From NCBI GenBank assembly GCA_018376855.1, contig JAHAAN010000014.1, positions 1 through 59,481 on the forward strand: a DNA stretch of 59,481 nt, in the 5' to 3' direction. This document shows, piece by piece, positions 49,676 to 58,124 of this stretch. The stretch comes from Clostridiales bacterium. Its GTDB lineage: Bacteria > Bacillota > Clostridia > Christensenellales > QALW01. Numbering within the stretch: position 1 is the first letter of the stretch; the number at the start of each line of letters is the position of its first letter. The translations under genes were made by a program, and so were the position numbers. The notes under the pieces are model-generated. The model was not told the DNA's origin. It saw nothing but the letters and a program-made list of their open reading frames with translations, and searched no databases.

Positions 49676-51424
49676 TTATTTGCGAAGAGTGGGATATTTC
49701 CCGTTTGTCAGCTCCCAAACATTTTCAAAGTCAAAGCCAACGAAGGTTTCCTGCTTCGCCATATCTTCAGCAGAGGTTACAACATTATGAGGATTATCAA
49801 TCAAGCAATCTTCGTCATACGCATCAAGATAAGGAACAAGCGTAGAACTGTACCATGTTTCAGTTCCCCGACGGTGTACTTCCTTGATTGTCGTATATGC
49901 CTCTCCATCCCATGGCATGCACTCTTCCCAATTATCGCAACCGCGCAGAGCCACAACGCCATGATACAGCGCCCATTGCTCCTCCTCTTCAATGCCTTGA
50001 ATATCAAACGCGCCAACATTGACAGCATTATTTACAAAAATGTGTTTGCAGTCTGTCATCGTTGTAATGCCGCCCATAAACGGAACTGTTTGAACATCGC
50101 CATACTTTGCTTTTGCCACAAAATTGCCTTCGTTCAGGCAGTCATTGATTTCAGTCCTTCCCGTCAGCTCGTCAGATAAAATATTAGCGCCAACGCCGCA
50201 GATACCACCGGTATAACAATTATAATAATTCCAATTTCCGATTGACATCCCGGTCATATCGAAGTCAATGCTGTTGGTGCAACGCTCAATCGTGCTGTTA
50301 CCGGCCATCGCACAAATGCCGCCGACCACACTGCCGCCAGGCCCCACATCCTTAGAGGATTCAGGATTTACAATCTTCACGAGACCGTCTACCTTTAAAT
50401 CACAAATGGTTGCGTTAAGAATACTGTTAAACAGGCCGGTATCGTTTTCAAACCAGTGCCTTGTCATGGCAATTCCGGATATCGTATGTCCATCTCCGTC
50501 AAAGGTTCCCATGAAAGCATGCGTTCTATCCCCGATCGGCGTCCACTCCTTATCTCCCAAAGAAATGTTTTCCGTTAGGGTAATCGTTTTGCCCTCAAAG
50601 GTCGTACCCCCATTTACTAACTCAGCCAAGCCGGCCAGCTGTTCGGGTTTATTCAATTTAAAGACCGTCTGCTCTGCATCGAACCATGCGCTATCAACAG
50701 TTTCTCCGTCCCACGGATCGCCGTAGATCGCATTCTCATCGTAATTCTCGTCAAAACTGTCGCTCTCATAAGGAGTCTGCGTTGCCACAAGGTTCAGAGA
50801 AAGCTCGGTTTTCAGCTCCACATCCTTGCGGTTGTATACCAAGCCGTCCTTCTCGTTCCCAACTTCCTCAGGGAAATATACGATCATCGCAAGATACACT
50901 GTTTCATCCTTTGCGGTCATGCGGTCTTCTTTCACATAAGTAAGAACGCTTTCTGCGCCCGCTGCTTTGACCTTCTCAAGCGCTTTAGCTCTGTCATATG
51001 TGCCTACTTCGGCCTTGTCGATCTCAACTACGGCGGTTTCCAAAACCTTGGACAGCGCCGCGCCGTCAGCTCCTACAACCGTGTCTTTTGCATCAACGGA
51101 CAGTTTGTACTTCAGCGCCAAGCTTCCGGCATTCTTTATCTCCAAATAGGCAACGGCTACCGCGCCCGGCTCCCAAAGAATCGCCGTTCCCTCTTGCGTT
51201 ACGAACAGATTCTCCGTATCCGCTTTAACTTCCGCAAACGAAGTCATGCTGGCGTTTTGGTAATTCAGCTCAATATCCAAATTTCCCGCAACGATCTTGT
51301 TCTTTCCGCTCGTTACGGAGTCAGTGAACCACGCGAACGTGGAGCCGACGAACATCGCCATGCACACCAGCATCGAAAGGACGCTCATAAGCAAGGCTTT
51401 CTTTGTGTGTTTGCTTTTCGTCAT
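49676..51424 (-). CDS. Secreted protein with a SipW-type signal peptide, a TasA/camelysin-like N-domain and a GLUG-type C-terminal region
   Basis: KKALLMSVLSMLVCMAMFVGSTFAWFTDS is the SipW-cognate type of signal. It is followed by NKIVAGNLDIEL... (TasA-like). The C-terminal part has GLAELVNGG..., FMGTFDGDGHTISG and ends ...FDFENVWELTNGKYPTLRK. Confidence 0.7.
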   Translation of the reverse strand: MTKSKHTKKALLMSVLSMLVCMAMFVGSTFAWFTDSVTSGKNKIVAGNLDIELNYQNASMTSFAEVKADTENLFVTQEGTAILWEPGAVAVAYLEIKNAGSLALKYKLSVDAKDTVVGADGAALSKVLETAVVEIDKAEVGTYDRAKALEKVKAAGAESVLTYVKEDRMTAKDETVYLAMIVYFPEEVGNEKDGLVYNRKDVELKTELSLNLVATQTPYESDSFDENYDENAIYGDPWDGETVDSAWFDAEQTVFKLNKPEQLAGLAELVNGGTTFEGKTITLTENISLGDKEWTPIGDRTHAFMGTFDGDGHTISGIAMTRHWFENDTGLFNSILNATICDLKVDGLVKIVNPESSKDVGPGGSVVGGICAMAGNSTIERCTNSIDFDMTGMSIGNWNYYNCYTGGICGVGANILSDELTGRTEINDCLNEGNFVAKAKYGDVQTVPFMGGITTMTDCKHIFVNNAVNVGAFDIQGIEEEEQWALYHGVVALRGCDNWEECMPWDGEAYTTIKEVHRRGTETWYSSTLVPYLDAYDEDCLIDNPHNVVTSAEDMAKQETFVGFDFENVWELTNGKYPTLRK

Positions 51425-51517
51425 TGTGTTTTACCTCCTTTAATATTTTTTGCAATGACAATATGTAATCGGAATCTTCCCGATAACACCCTAATTCAGC
51501 CACTTTTTTATGCGGCG

Positions 51518-51558
51518 CAAAAAAGCGCATCCCACCCGTTCAACACGGGCGGAATGCG
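51518..51558 (-). terminator. Intrinsic terminator inside the 5' leader of the SipW-type gene
   Basis: On the minus strand: GCGCAUUCCGCCCG / CGGGUGGGAUGCGC (14 bp, 2 G-U pairs) followed by UUUUUU. Lies about 95 nt upstream of the start codon. Confidence 0.6.
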
Positions 51559-51612
51559 CCTTTTATCTTTTGCTTATTTAATTTTTTATATGCCAAAAAG
51601 GCAGAGCTTACC

Positions 51613-51660
<48 letters not shown>

Positions 51661-51665
51661 CTAAC

Positions 51666-51694
51666 ATTATATTGCAGTTCTCCATAAAGCTCAA
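51666..51694 (-). promoter_or_regulatory. Candidate sigma-A promoter firing into the (CAGA)12 tract
   Basis: On the minus strand: TTGAGC (51694-51689), 17-nt spacer, TATAAT (51671-51666). The repeat begins 5 nt after the -10 hexamer. A second candidate, TTGTAA-17-TATAAT, lies at about 51727-51757. Confidence 0.45.
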
Positions 51695-51891
51695 GCCCTT
51701 TTCATGTTTTTGCCATATATTTATCTGCATATAATATTATATTATATAACCCACATTTTTACAAGATGTTTTTGCAAATTTATCTTGCGGCTTTTTATGC
51801 CGTTTTTAGGCGCTGCCTTCATTTTCTGTTTTACCCGACAGTCCTCCTGCATGAACCGCCGTTAAAAATCTTCTTCAAATCGCAATCAGAT

Positions 51892-51926
51892 AAAAAATAA
51901 GCCAAAGAAAACATTTTCTCCGGCTT
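51892..51926 (-). terminator. Intrinsic terminator after paralog 1
   Basis: On the minus strand: AAGCCGGAGAAAA / UUUUCUUUGGCUU (with G-U pairs) followed by AUUUUUU. Confidence 0.5.
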
Positions 51927-51970
51927 ACTTTTCATCGGCAATTCTTTTAGATTTTATACCGCTCTTTTTA

Positions 51971-52942
51971 TTATTCCGCCTTATCTGTTTTTTTCTTTTT
52001 GTTAGCCAAAACTACGGCGACAACAACTACTGCGACCACCGCTACCGCCGCAATCACAATGTACAAAACCGTATTATTGGAAGGTGCCGGAGCATCCGTA
52101 CCGGCGCTTGGCGCCGCAGAAGCAGCAGCTGAAGCATCTGCCGTAGGCTGCTCGGAAGCATCGGGCTGTTCGGGAGCAGAGGTAGCTGATGACATATCTG
52201 TGGGAATCAGATCCGCATTCTTTGCCTCGACCTCGCTTCCATAGAAGAAGAGGTTATCAAACAGAAGCTCCGAACCTTCCTTACTGAGCCATCCGAAACC
52301 GGTAAGCTTTGTTAATACATCCGCTTCAACAAACATCTGAGAATCAAAATTCTTTTGCAAATTCTCAAGCGGAACGCATACCCAGCCCTCAAAATCCTCC
52401 GGAATCTCAAAGTAAGAATGCACGATTGTTCCGGGAGCATATGGATGTTCCTGTTCCGGAGCTGTAACGATGGTCTTCGCTCCGTCTTTGCTGATCAGCG
52501 CATAACTCTTGTTGGAACCGATGGTATATGCGCCATTGTTCAAATTTCCATCTTTCGCAACGCATAGCTCAAAGCTAAACTCAGCATCAAACCCACTGTC
52601 ATTTTTCACATAGAAGCCAAAGCCCTCCGCGTTTGCCGGCGCCTGCTGCAAGTTGGTATCCACAAGGCCTACCCACACCTGCTGCAAAGCCATCAACCCG
52701 AAATATATGCCGCCTTCCCATAATTCGGCATAATCCAAAAGCAGATCTTCTTTTTCGATCTCGGTATTTTGCATTCCGATATACCCGCTGACAATCCCCT
52801 CATCATTGTCAAATGTTTCAACCACAGCGATCTTCATGCCGCCGTCATCCCACGGCGTACTTACTTCCTCATCTGCCGTTACCCCGATCCCCATGCAAAG
52901 CACCAAAACCGCGGCAGCTATGAATGCTACAATTTTTTTCAT
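51971..52942 (-). CDS. Surface-protein paralog 1 (signal peptide, conserved beta-rich domain, A/P/S linker, C-terminal TM anchor)
   Basis: MKKIVAFIAAAVLVLCMGIGVTA signal. The domain is shared with paralog 2 (TPWDD..., QVWVGL.D.NL, GFGFYVKN, NNGAYTIGSNK.YALISKDG, FEGWVC.P..NLQKN, LTGFGW, FDNLFFYGS). The C-terminus is VLYIVIAAVAVVAVVVVAVVLANKKKK. Confidence 0.7.
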   Translation of the reverse strand: MKKIVAFIAAAVLVLCMGIGVTADEEVSTPWDDGGMKIAVVETFDNDEGIVSGYIGMQNTEIEKEDLLLDYAELWEGGIYFGLMALQQVWVGLVDTNLQQAPANAEGFGFYVKNDSGFDAEFSFELCVAKDGNLNNGAYTIGSNKSYALISKDGAKTIVTAPEQEHPYAPGTIVHSYFEIPEDFEGWVCVPLENLQKNFDSQMFVEADVLTKLTGFGWLSKEGSELLFDNLFFYGSEVEAKNADLIPTDMSSATSAPEQPDASEQPTADASAAASAAPSAGTDAPAPSNNTVLYIVIAAVAVVAVVVVAVVLANKKKKTDKAE

Positions 52943-52971
52943 ATGATCCTCCCAAGTATATATTTATCTTT

Positions 52972-53000
52972 ATTATAGCATACGCTTTTTGCAAAATCAA
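52972..53000 (-). promoter_or_regulatory. Sigma-A promoter of paralog 1
   Basis: On the minus strand: TTGATT, 17-nt spacer, TATAAT. Confidence 0.6.
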
Positions 53001-53132
53001 TATTGCTTTATAACGCAAGAGAGTTTTCAAATCATTTTCAGTTTACCGGTTCAAAAGCAGCAAACTGAATAAAGCTTTTCAACAATTCATTCGTTTGCTG
53101 TTTAATACAGCTTTGCATAATAACTCCGTATC

Positions 53133-53170
53133 AAAAAAGACTTTTGGCCGATTCAGTGCAGCCAAAAGTC
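53133..53170 (-). terminator. Intrinsic terminator after paralog 2
   Basis: Hairpin gacttttggc / gccaaaagtc followed by TTTTTT on the minus strand. Confidence 0.6.
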
Positions 53171-53246
53171 CTTTCGTTCATTTTCAAACGACTCACAACA
53201 TGCCTATCTTATTAAACCGGCCAATTCTGATGTTCGTTCTATTTCA

Positions 53247-54083
53247 TTATTTTCTCTTTTTTACCACCGTCAGAGCGCCGCAGCTGACAAGTGCAGCAGC
53301 CGCAAATGCGATTGTAGTAACATCAGCCGTTGCCGCAGGGCCATCCATTACCAAATCAGCATCCTTCTCGGTAACCTTACTTCCATAGAAGAAAAGATTA
53401 TCAAACGTCAAATTTGCTTTTCCGTTAGAGTTCATCCAGCCAAAGCCTGTAAGCTTAGACGCCGCATCATCCCCAACAAAAGTCTCTGCTGCGTAATTCT
53501 TCTGCAAATTAGCTACAGGAATGCACACCCAGCCTTCAAAGCCAGCGGGAATCACAAAATTAGAATGAACTACCAAGTCAGCATTATAAGGATGCTTCTG
53601 TTCGAGCGCCGTAACAACCGTCTTTTTGCCATCCTTGCTAATCAATGCGTAATCCTTATTGGAACCGATGGTATAAGCGCCATTATTCATGTTTCCGTCT
53701 TCCGCAGTAACCAATTCCATTGTGAAAGCTACTTCCTCATCGTTGCCGTTTTTCACATAGAATCCAAAGCCATCTGCATCCACCGCAGCATTCTTCAAGT
53801 TGCTGTCAAGAATACCAACCCATACTTGAGCCAACGCCGCATCACCAAACACAGCAGAACCTTTGGTGAAATCAACATAATTGGCTAAGTCATCCTTTGT
53901 AACCGCCGTGTTGCCTGCACCGATAAAGCCGCCGGTAATTCCGTCGCTGTTCTTGAACGGCTCGCAAACCGAAATCTTCAGATTGCTGTCGTCCCAAGGG
54001 GTTGCCACATCCGCGGCAAAAGCAGTGATGCCCATGCAAAGCACCAACGCAATAACCGCTGTTAAAGCAAATACTTTTTTCAC
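53247..54083 (-). CDS. Surface-protein paralog 2 with a GPAATAD-TM-KKRK C-terminus
   Basis: GTG start after GGAGGAG. Signal peptide VKKVFALTAVIALVLCMGITAFA. Same domain as paralog 1. C-terminus GPAATADVTTIAFAAAALVSCGALTVVKKRK. Confidence 0.7.
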   Translation of the reverse strand: MKKVFALTAVIALVLCMGITAFAADVATPWDDSNLKISVCEPFKNSDGITGGFIGAGNTAVTKDDLANYVDFTKGSAVFGDAALAQVWVGILDSNLKNAAVDADGFGFYVKNGNDEEVAFTMELVTAEDGNMNNGAYTIGSNKDYALISKDGKKTVVTALEQKHPYNADLVVHSNFVIPAGFEGWVCIPVANLQKNYAAETFVGDDAASKLTGFGWMNSNGKANLTFDNLFFYGSKVTEKDADLVMDGPAATADVTTIAFAAAALVSCGALTVVKKRK

Positions 54084-54114
54084 GTAAAACTCCTCCATAA
54101 CAATATTTTACTTT

Positions 54115-54143
54115 ATTATAGAACACCGATTATGTAAAGTCAA
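54115..54143 (-). promoter_or_regulatory. Sigma-A promoter of paralog 2
   Basis: On the minus strand: TTGACT, 17-nt spacer, TATAAT. Confidence 0.6.
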
Positions 54144-54224
54144 GAATCATTTTTTGTTTTTTTCAAAGGAATTTTATAAATAGCGAACATTCTTATTCAT
54201 CTAACCTCTTTATGTGCTGCTAAA

Positions 54225-54262
54225 ATAAAAAAACGAAGCATTGTTTAATGCTTCGTTTTTTT
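54225..54262. terminator. Bidirectional intrinsic terminator after paralog 3
   Basis: 12-nt arms aaacgaagcatt / aatgcttcgttt flanked by A-runs and T-runs. Confidence 0.7.
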
Positions 54263-54273
54263 AATCTTTAAAA

Positions 54274-55029
54274 TTACTTCTTCTTTCTGACAACCGTCAA
54301 CGCGCCGCAGCTGAGAACCGCAGCAGCCGCAAAAGCAATGGTGGTAACATCTGCCGTCGCAGCCGGACCTTCAGAAGGCGCTTCAGCAGAATCCGTAGCT
54401 ACCATTTCTCCCAAAACATAAGAACTGCCCTGACCATTACGAATATCAAGCTCTACGCTCTCCAACTTAGAAGCGTCATAAGCAGGACGGTTCCATCCCG
54501 AAGGCGGAGCTATCGTTAAAGCCTCCACGCTCAAAACCACATAACCCTTAAAGTTCGCCGGAATGGTTACAGCGCTGTCGGTCCCATAACCGCCGCCGTC
54601 TGCTGTAGCAACTGCAGGCTTGCTTCCGTCAGTTCCGATTAACACCGCTTTGCTGCAATCAAAAGCAACTGCGCCTCCATCGCTGTCATTAAAAGCAATG
54701 CGAAGCGACACTGCAGCTGAACCGCTTTCAACATAAACCCTTACATACTTAGAGCTGTTAACATTTTTAACCGCATTCAAAACAGCCTCATCCTTAAGAT
54801 AAAAGCTCTGAACACTGGCGCCATCCCCGCACTCTATCTTAACACCCGCACCGGTTTTGGACAAATTCGGCGCTGCAATACCATAACCAGCCAAACCGGT
54901 ATTATAATTCATAAATGCATCAATATCTGCCGCGTCAAACTTGGTAATGACCGCATCTGCCGCAAACGCCGCCATGCCCATCATGGCAACCATGCAGATC
55001 ACCAAAACTGCAACAATAAACTTTTTCAT
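54274..55029 (-). CDS. Surface protein 3: divergent ectodomain with the same GPAATAD-TM-RKKK C-terminus
   Basis: ATG 55029 follows GGAGGGG. Signal peptide MKKFIVAVLVICMVAMMGMAAFA. C-terminus GPAATADVTTIAFAAAAVLSCGALTVVRKKK. Confidence 0.7.
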   Translation of the reverse strand: MKKFIVAVLVICMVAMMGMAAFAADAVITKFDAADIDAFMNYNTGLAGYGIAAPNLSKTGAGVKIECGDGASVQSFYLKDEAVLNAVKNVNSSKYVRVYVESGSAAVSLRIAFNDSDGGAVAFDCSKAVLIGTDGSKPAVATADGGGYGTDSAVTIPANFKGYVVLSVEALTIAPPSGWNRPAYDASKLESVELDIRNGQGSSYVLGEMVATDSAEAPSEGPAATADVTTIAFAAAAVLSCGALTVVRKKK

Positions 55030-55060
55030 GATTTCCCCTCCGATATATTTTGATAAACAC

Positions 55061-55089
55061 ATTATAGGCTTTGCAATATTCAAAGTCAA
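55061..55089 (-). promoter_or_regulatory. Sigma-A promoter of surface protein 3
   Basis: On the minus strand: TTGACT, 17-nt spacer, TATAAT. Confidence 0.6.
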
Positions 55090-55356
55090 TACCTTTTTTT
55101 CATTTTTTCGCGCTGATTTTGAAGAATTGTTTAACACCGCAGCATATTGACGCATAACATGCAATAATTATGAGCCAACCATAACTCCAAGCTCTTTCCA
55201 GCATAAAAAAACAGGCGCACCGAATCTAATACCAAAATACCGGACAGGCTAAAAAGCTTTCTGCAATATATTCTCGCATTCGCGCCGACCGCACACAGCA
55301 TTGCTTCTGTTTCCTCCCTGATTTATTGTACCATAACGGAGCCCGAAAATATCACC

Positions 55357-56058
55357 TTATTTTCCATTGCTCCCCAAAACATCATAAGGGGAAAGCACGC
55401 CCAGCAGCGAAGAATCTGGAAGTGCATTGTCCGTAATCAACAGCAGCTTCAGCTTGCGGCTGCGGCTGTACGCCTGATCGAACACAGCACGCGCTTCCCG
55501 CAGCAGCATATCCGGCGCGGCAAAACGGAAATCCTGCCCCATATGGCGGTCAAGCGGCAGATATTGCGCAAGATCCTGCATCAATGTATCTTTATTCACG
55601 CAATAGCCGTCTATCGCAGCTTGAAAAACCGTTCCCACACTGAACACGCTATCCACACGCCCGCGTTCAAGAATCGGCACATGGCTGATATGATTCTGCT
55701 GCATCTTTTCCATAAGCGGCAGCACAGGAGTCTCGCGGGAAGCGGTAATAAGCCTGCTCAGCGGCGTCATATGCAAGCGCACGCGCGGAGGGTTTTCCAC
55801 CAGCTCCAACAGCGCACGCAGACTTTCAACCACTCTTTCATTCGGATGGATTGCATATTCTCCGCCGAATTTCGGTTCATGGCTGAGAAAATTCCGCACC
55901 TCCCGAAAGCAGGCGATCTGCTCGCTGTAATCGGCAAAATCGCGATGCTTTTCCAGCCGGAACACCGAGCTTCCCCTGCCGCTGCCGACCACCGCTTCCG
56001 CGGCATTCTCCAAACGCCTGTAGAGATCCAGAAACTCATCCGTATGAAAATCACCCAT
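55357..56058 (-). CDS. CBS-pair protein with an N-terminal helical domain carrying an RNxxxH (HEPN-like) motif
   Basis: The N-terminal 90 aa end in ...IACFREVRNFLSHEP (R-N-x3-H). Residues about 95-230 form two CBS repeats (HMTPLSRLITA...HVPILERGRV; FRFAAPDMLL...LLLITDNALPDSSLLGVLSPYDVL). Confidence 0.6.
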   Translation of the reverse strand: MGDFHTDEFLDLYRRLENAAEAVVGSGRGSSVFRLEKHRDFADYSEQIACFREVRNFLSHEPKFGGEYAIHPNERVVESLRALLELVENPPRVRLHMTPLSRLITASRETPVLPLMEKMQQNHISHVPILERGRVDSVFSVGTVFQAAIDGYCVNKDTLMQDLAQYLPLDRHMGQDFRFAAPDMLLREARAVFDQAYSRSRKLKLLLITDNALPDSSLLGVLSPYDVLGSNGK

Positions 56059-56113
56059 AACTGCCCCGCTCCTTTCAATTATAAAGCCCGCAGGAAAGCC
56101 TCCAAGCGCCGCG

Positions 56114-56728
56114 CTATGCGCGCGCCCCCGTATCGTTGGAATGCAGCCCGTCAGGACAGAAACGCTCCTTCTGCACCGAAATATCGGAACAGATACCCGC
56201 CGTGCGGTAAACGTCTAAAACCGGAAGCGAATATGAACCGGCAATTTCTGTGATCGCATCCACATAGTCCAAAAGCGGACGCCCTTCGGGGCGAAATGCA
56301 CTGGGTTGACTTCCGCCCTCTCTCTGCATCGGCGTCATGACCACAATCTTTGCCAGCGGATATTTTTCCGCCAGCCCCCGGAAAAGCAAGTGGCAGGCGC
56401 CGCAGAACGTCTCCGGCGCGCGACCCTCCATCGTCCCAAAAAGCGCGTTGCCGTGTCCGTAATCGTTTGTCCCTCCGAAAACAAGCACCAAATCGGCGTC
56501 GTTCTCCATCTCCTGATAGCGATCAACAAACGCCGTTCAGCAGCTTTCAAACATATCCGACCCCTGCTGCCGCGCGATTCGGGTTCCGCTGATCCCGTAA
56601 TTCCGCACAGTCTCAGCCCCCACCGCGCGCCCCAAAACCGCATGATAAACATATTCCTCGCTTGAAACGCCAGAGCCCTGTGTAATGCTGTCTCCCAGCA
56701 CATGAATGATCTTCCCCTGCAAATTCAT
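56114..56728 (-). pseudogene. SGNH/GDSL-family hydrolase interrupted by an in-frame TGA
   Basis: Block I HVLGDSITQG, block III LVFGGTNDYG, block V PDGLHSN. ORFs 56537-56728 and 56114-56509 are in the same frame, separated by TGA at 56537-56539 (...MFESC*TAFVDRYQEMENDADL...). Confidence 0.7.
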
Positions 56729-56811
56729 AATGTACTCCTCCGACTCTCGCCTTTAAAAAGAATGCGTTTATCATATCATATAATAAACAAGAAATCAATG
56801 CGAAATTATTT

Positions 56812-56838
56812 TTAGCACTCAAGATGCAAGAGTGCTAA
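56812..56838. promoter_or_regulatory. Perfect CIRCE operator upstream of hsp20
   Basis: TTAGCACTC-AAGATGCAA-GAGTGCTAA, which is 18/18 against consensus. Confidence 0.9.
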
Positions 56839-57022
56839 AATTCACAAATTTTATGGCATTTATTCATACTTTTGTACGCCTTCGGCGTTATACTGTAATC
56901 GTTACATGAAAAGGAGCTGATACCAATGCACATGAAAGCGCCGCGTTTGGCATCGCAGGTCAAGCGCATATAAGCAAGAAAAACACACATAATAAAATCA
57001 AATTAAAATGGGAGGAATTATC

Positions 57023-57469
57023 ATGTTAAATAACCGTAAAAACAACGCCGTAACTTACTATAACCCGTTCCGTGAAATGGAAAAGCTTGAAAGACACTTT
57101 TTTGACGACCCGTTCTCCTTCTTTGAAAACGGCTCGCTTGCCGAATTTAAAACCGATATTACCGACGAAGGCAACGCCTATAAGCTGGAAGCCGACCTTC
57201 CGGGCTTTGACAAAAAGGACATTCATCTCGACATTGACAACGATGTCCTAACGATCAGCGCGCAGCGCCATTCCGAGCACGAAGAAAAAGATAAGCAGGG
57301 CAAATATCTGCGCTGCGAACGCTCCTACGGCTCCTACTACCGCCGCTTTAATCTTTCCGATGTAAAGGCCGACGAGATCAAAGCCAAATACGATAACGGC
57401 GTGCTGACACTGACGCTTCCGAAAAAAGAAATCGAAGCGCCGAAGGGCAGACATCTTGAAATTGAATAA
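57023..57469 (+). CDS. Hsp20/alpha-crystallin small heat-shock protein
   Basis: Alpha-crystallin domain (FKTDITDEGNAYKLEADLPGFDKKDIHLDIDNDVLTISAQ...NGVLTLTLPK). ATG 57023 follows GGGAGGA. Confidence 0.9.
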   Translation: MLNNRKNNAVTYYNPFREMEKLERHFFDDPFSFFENGSLAEFKTDITDEGNAYKLEADLPGFDKKDIHLDIDNDVLTISAQRHSEHEEKDKQGKYLRCERSYGSYYRRFNLSDVKADEIKAKYDNGVLTLTLPKKEIEAPKGRHLEIE

Positions 57470-57482
57470 CAAAACAACAAAA

Positions 57483-57516
57483 ACCCTGTGCGAGCTGCCT
57501 CGCACGGGGTTTTTGT
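57483..57516. terminator. Intrinsic terminator after hsp20 (bidirectional)
   Basis: 12-bp hairpin accctgtgcgag / ctcgcacggggt followed by TTTT. Confidence 0.75.
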
Positions 57517-57537
57517 CTTTGAGAAAAGTGCAAATAC

Positions 57538-58113
57538 TTATTCCGAAATCTCATAAAAATTCAGTTTTTCCAAATGCAGAAGATAATCCATTCCCGCCTG
57601 CTGCGCCCACTCTTCAGCACAGTATACTGTAACGCACTGCGCGCCTATGGCGAAAGAATAATAGTAATAATCCTCTTCTGCGCACGGAGGGCGATCGGCT
57701 TGCTTTTTATAATAAACAACGCCGCTATGCTCCAACCGCTCCGCGTTCTTGCTTGCATCCTCCGGCTTCTGCTCGCTGTTATAGCTCACACACCGATACG
57801 GCTCTTTATATTTAATATCATAAAAGCCGCCGAAGCTAACGGAAATATCCGTAATTTTTTCTTCCTCTCCGGGATAGATCAGCACATACTCCATTCCAGA
57901 AATCACTTCATTTTCCTTTTGATCCACCGCTTCCCGCAGCTTCTGAACCGTTTCATAATGATAGGTTTGAACGCCGCACCACGCGTTCGGATCGGTCGGC
58001 GCCGCCGATACGTGCGCCGTTCCCGACGCCTCAGCGTCTGCCGGTCGATTACAGCCCGCAAACAGCAACATAGCCGAACAAATAATCAATAATATAGAAT
58101 AGATTTTTCGCAT
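57538..58113 (-). CDS. Lipoprotein of unknown function
   Basis: MRKIYSILLIICSAMLLFAGCN lipobox. ATG 58113 lies 6 nt after GGGAGG, directly following the upstream gene's stop. Confidence 0.65.
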   Translation of the reverse strand: MRKIYSILLIICSAMLLFAGCNRPADAEASGTAHVSAAPTDPNAWCGVQTYHYETVQKLREAVDQKENEVISGMEYVLIYPGEEEKITDISVSFGGFYDIKYKEPYRCVSYNSEQKPEDASKNAERLEHSGVVYYKKQADRPPCAEEDYYYYSFAIGAQCVTVYCAEEWAQQAGMDYLLHLEKLNFYEISE

Positions 58114-58124
58114 AAAGGCCTCCC

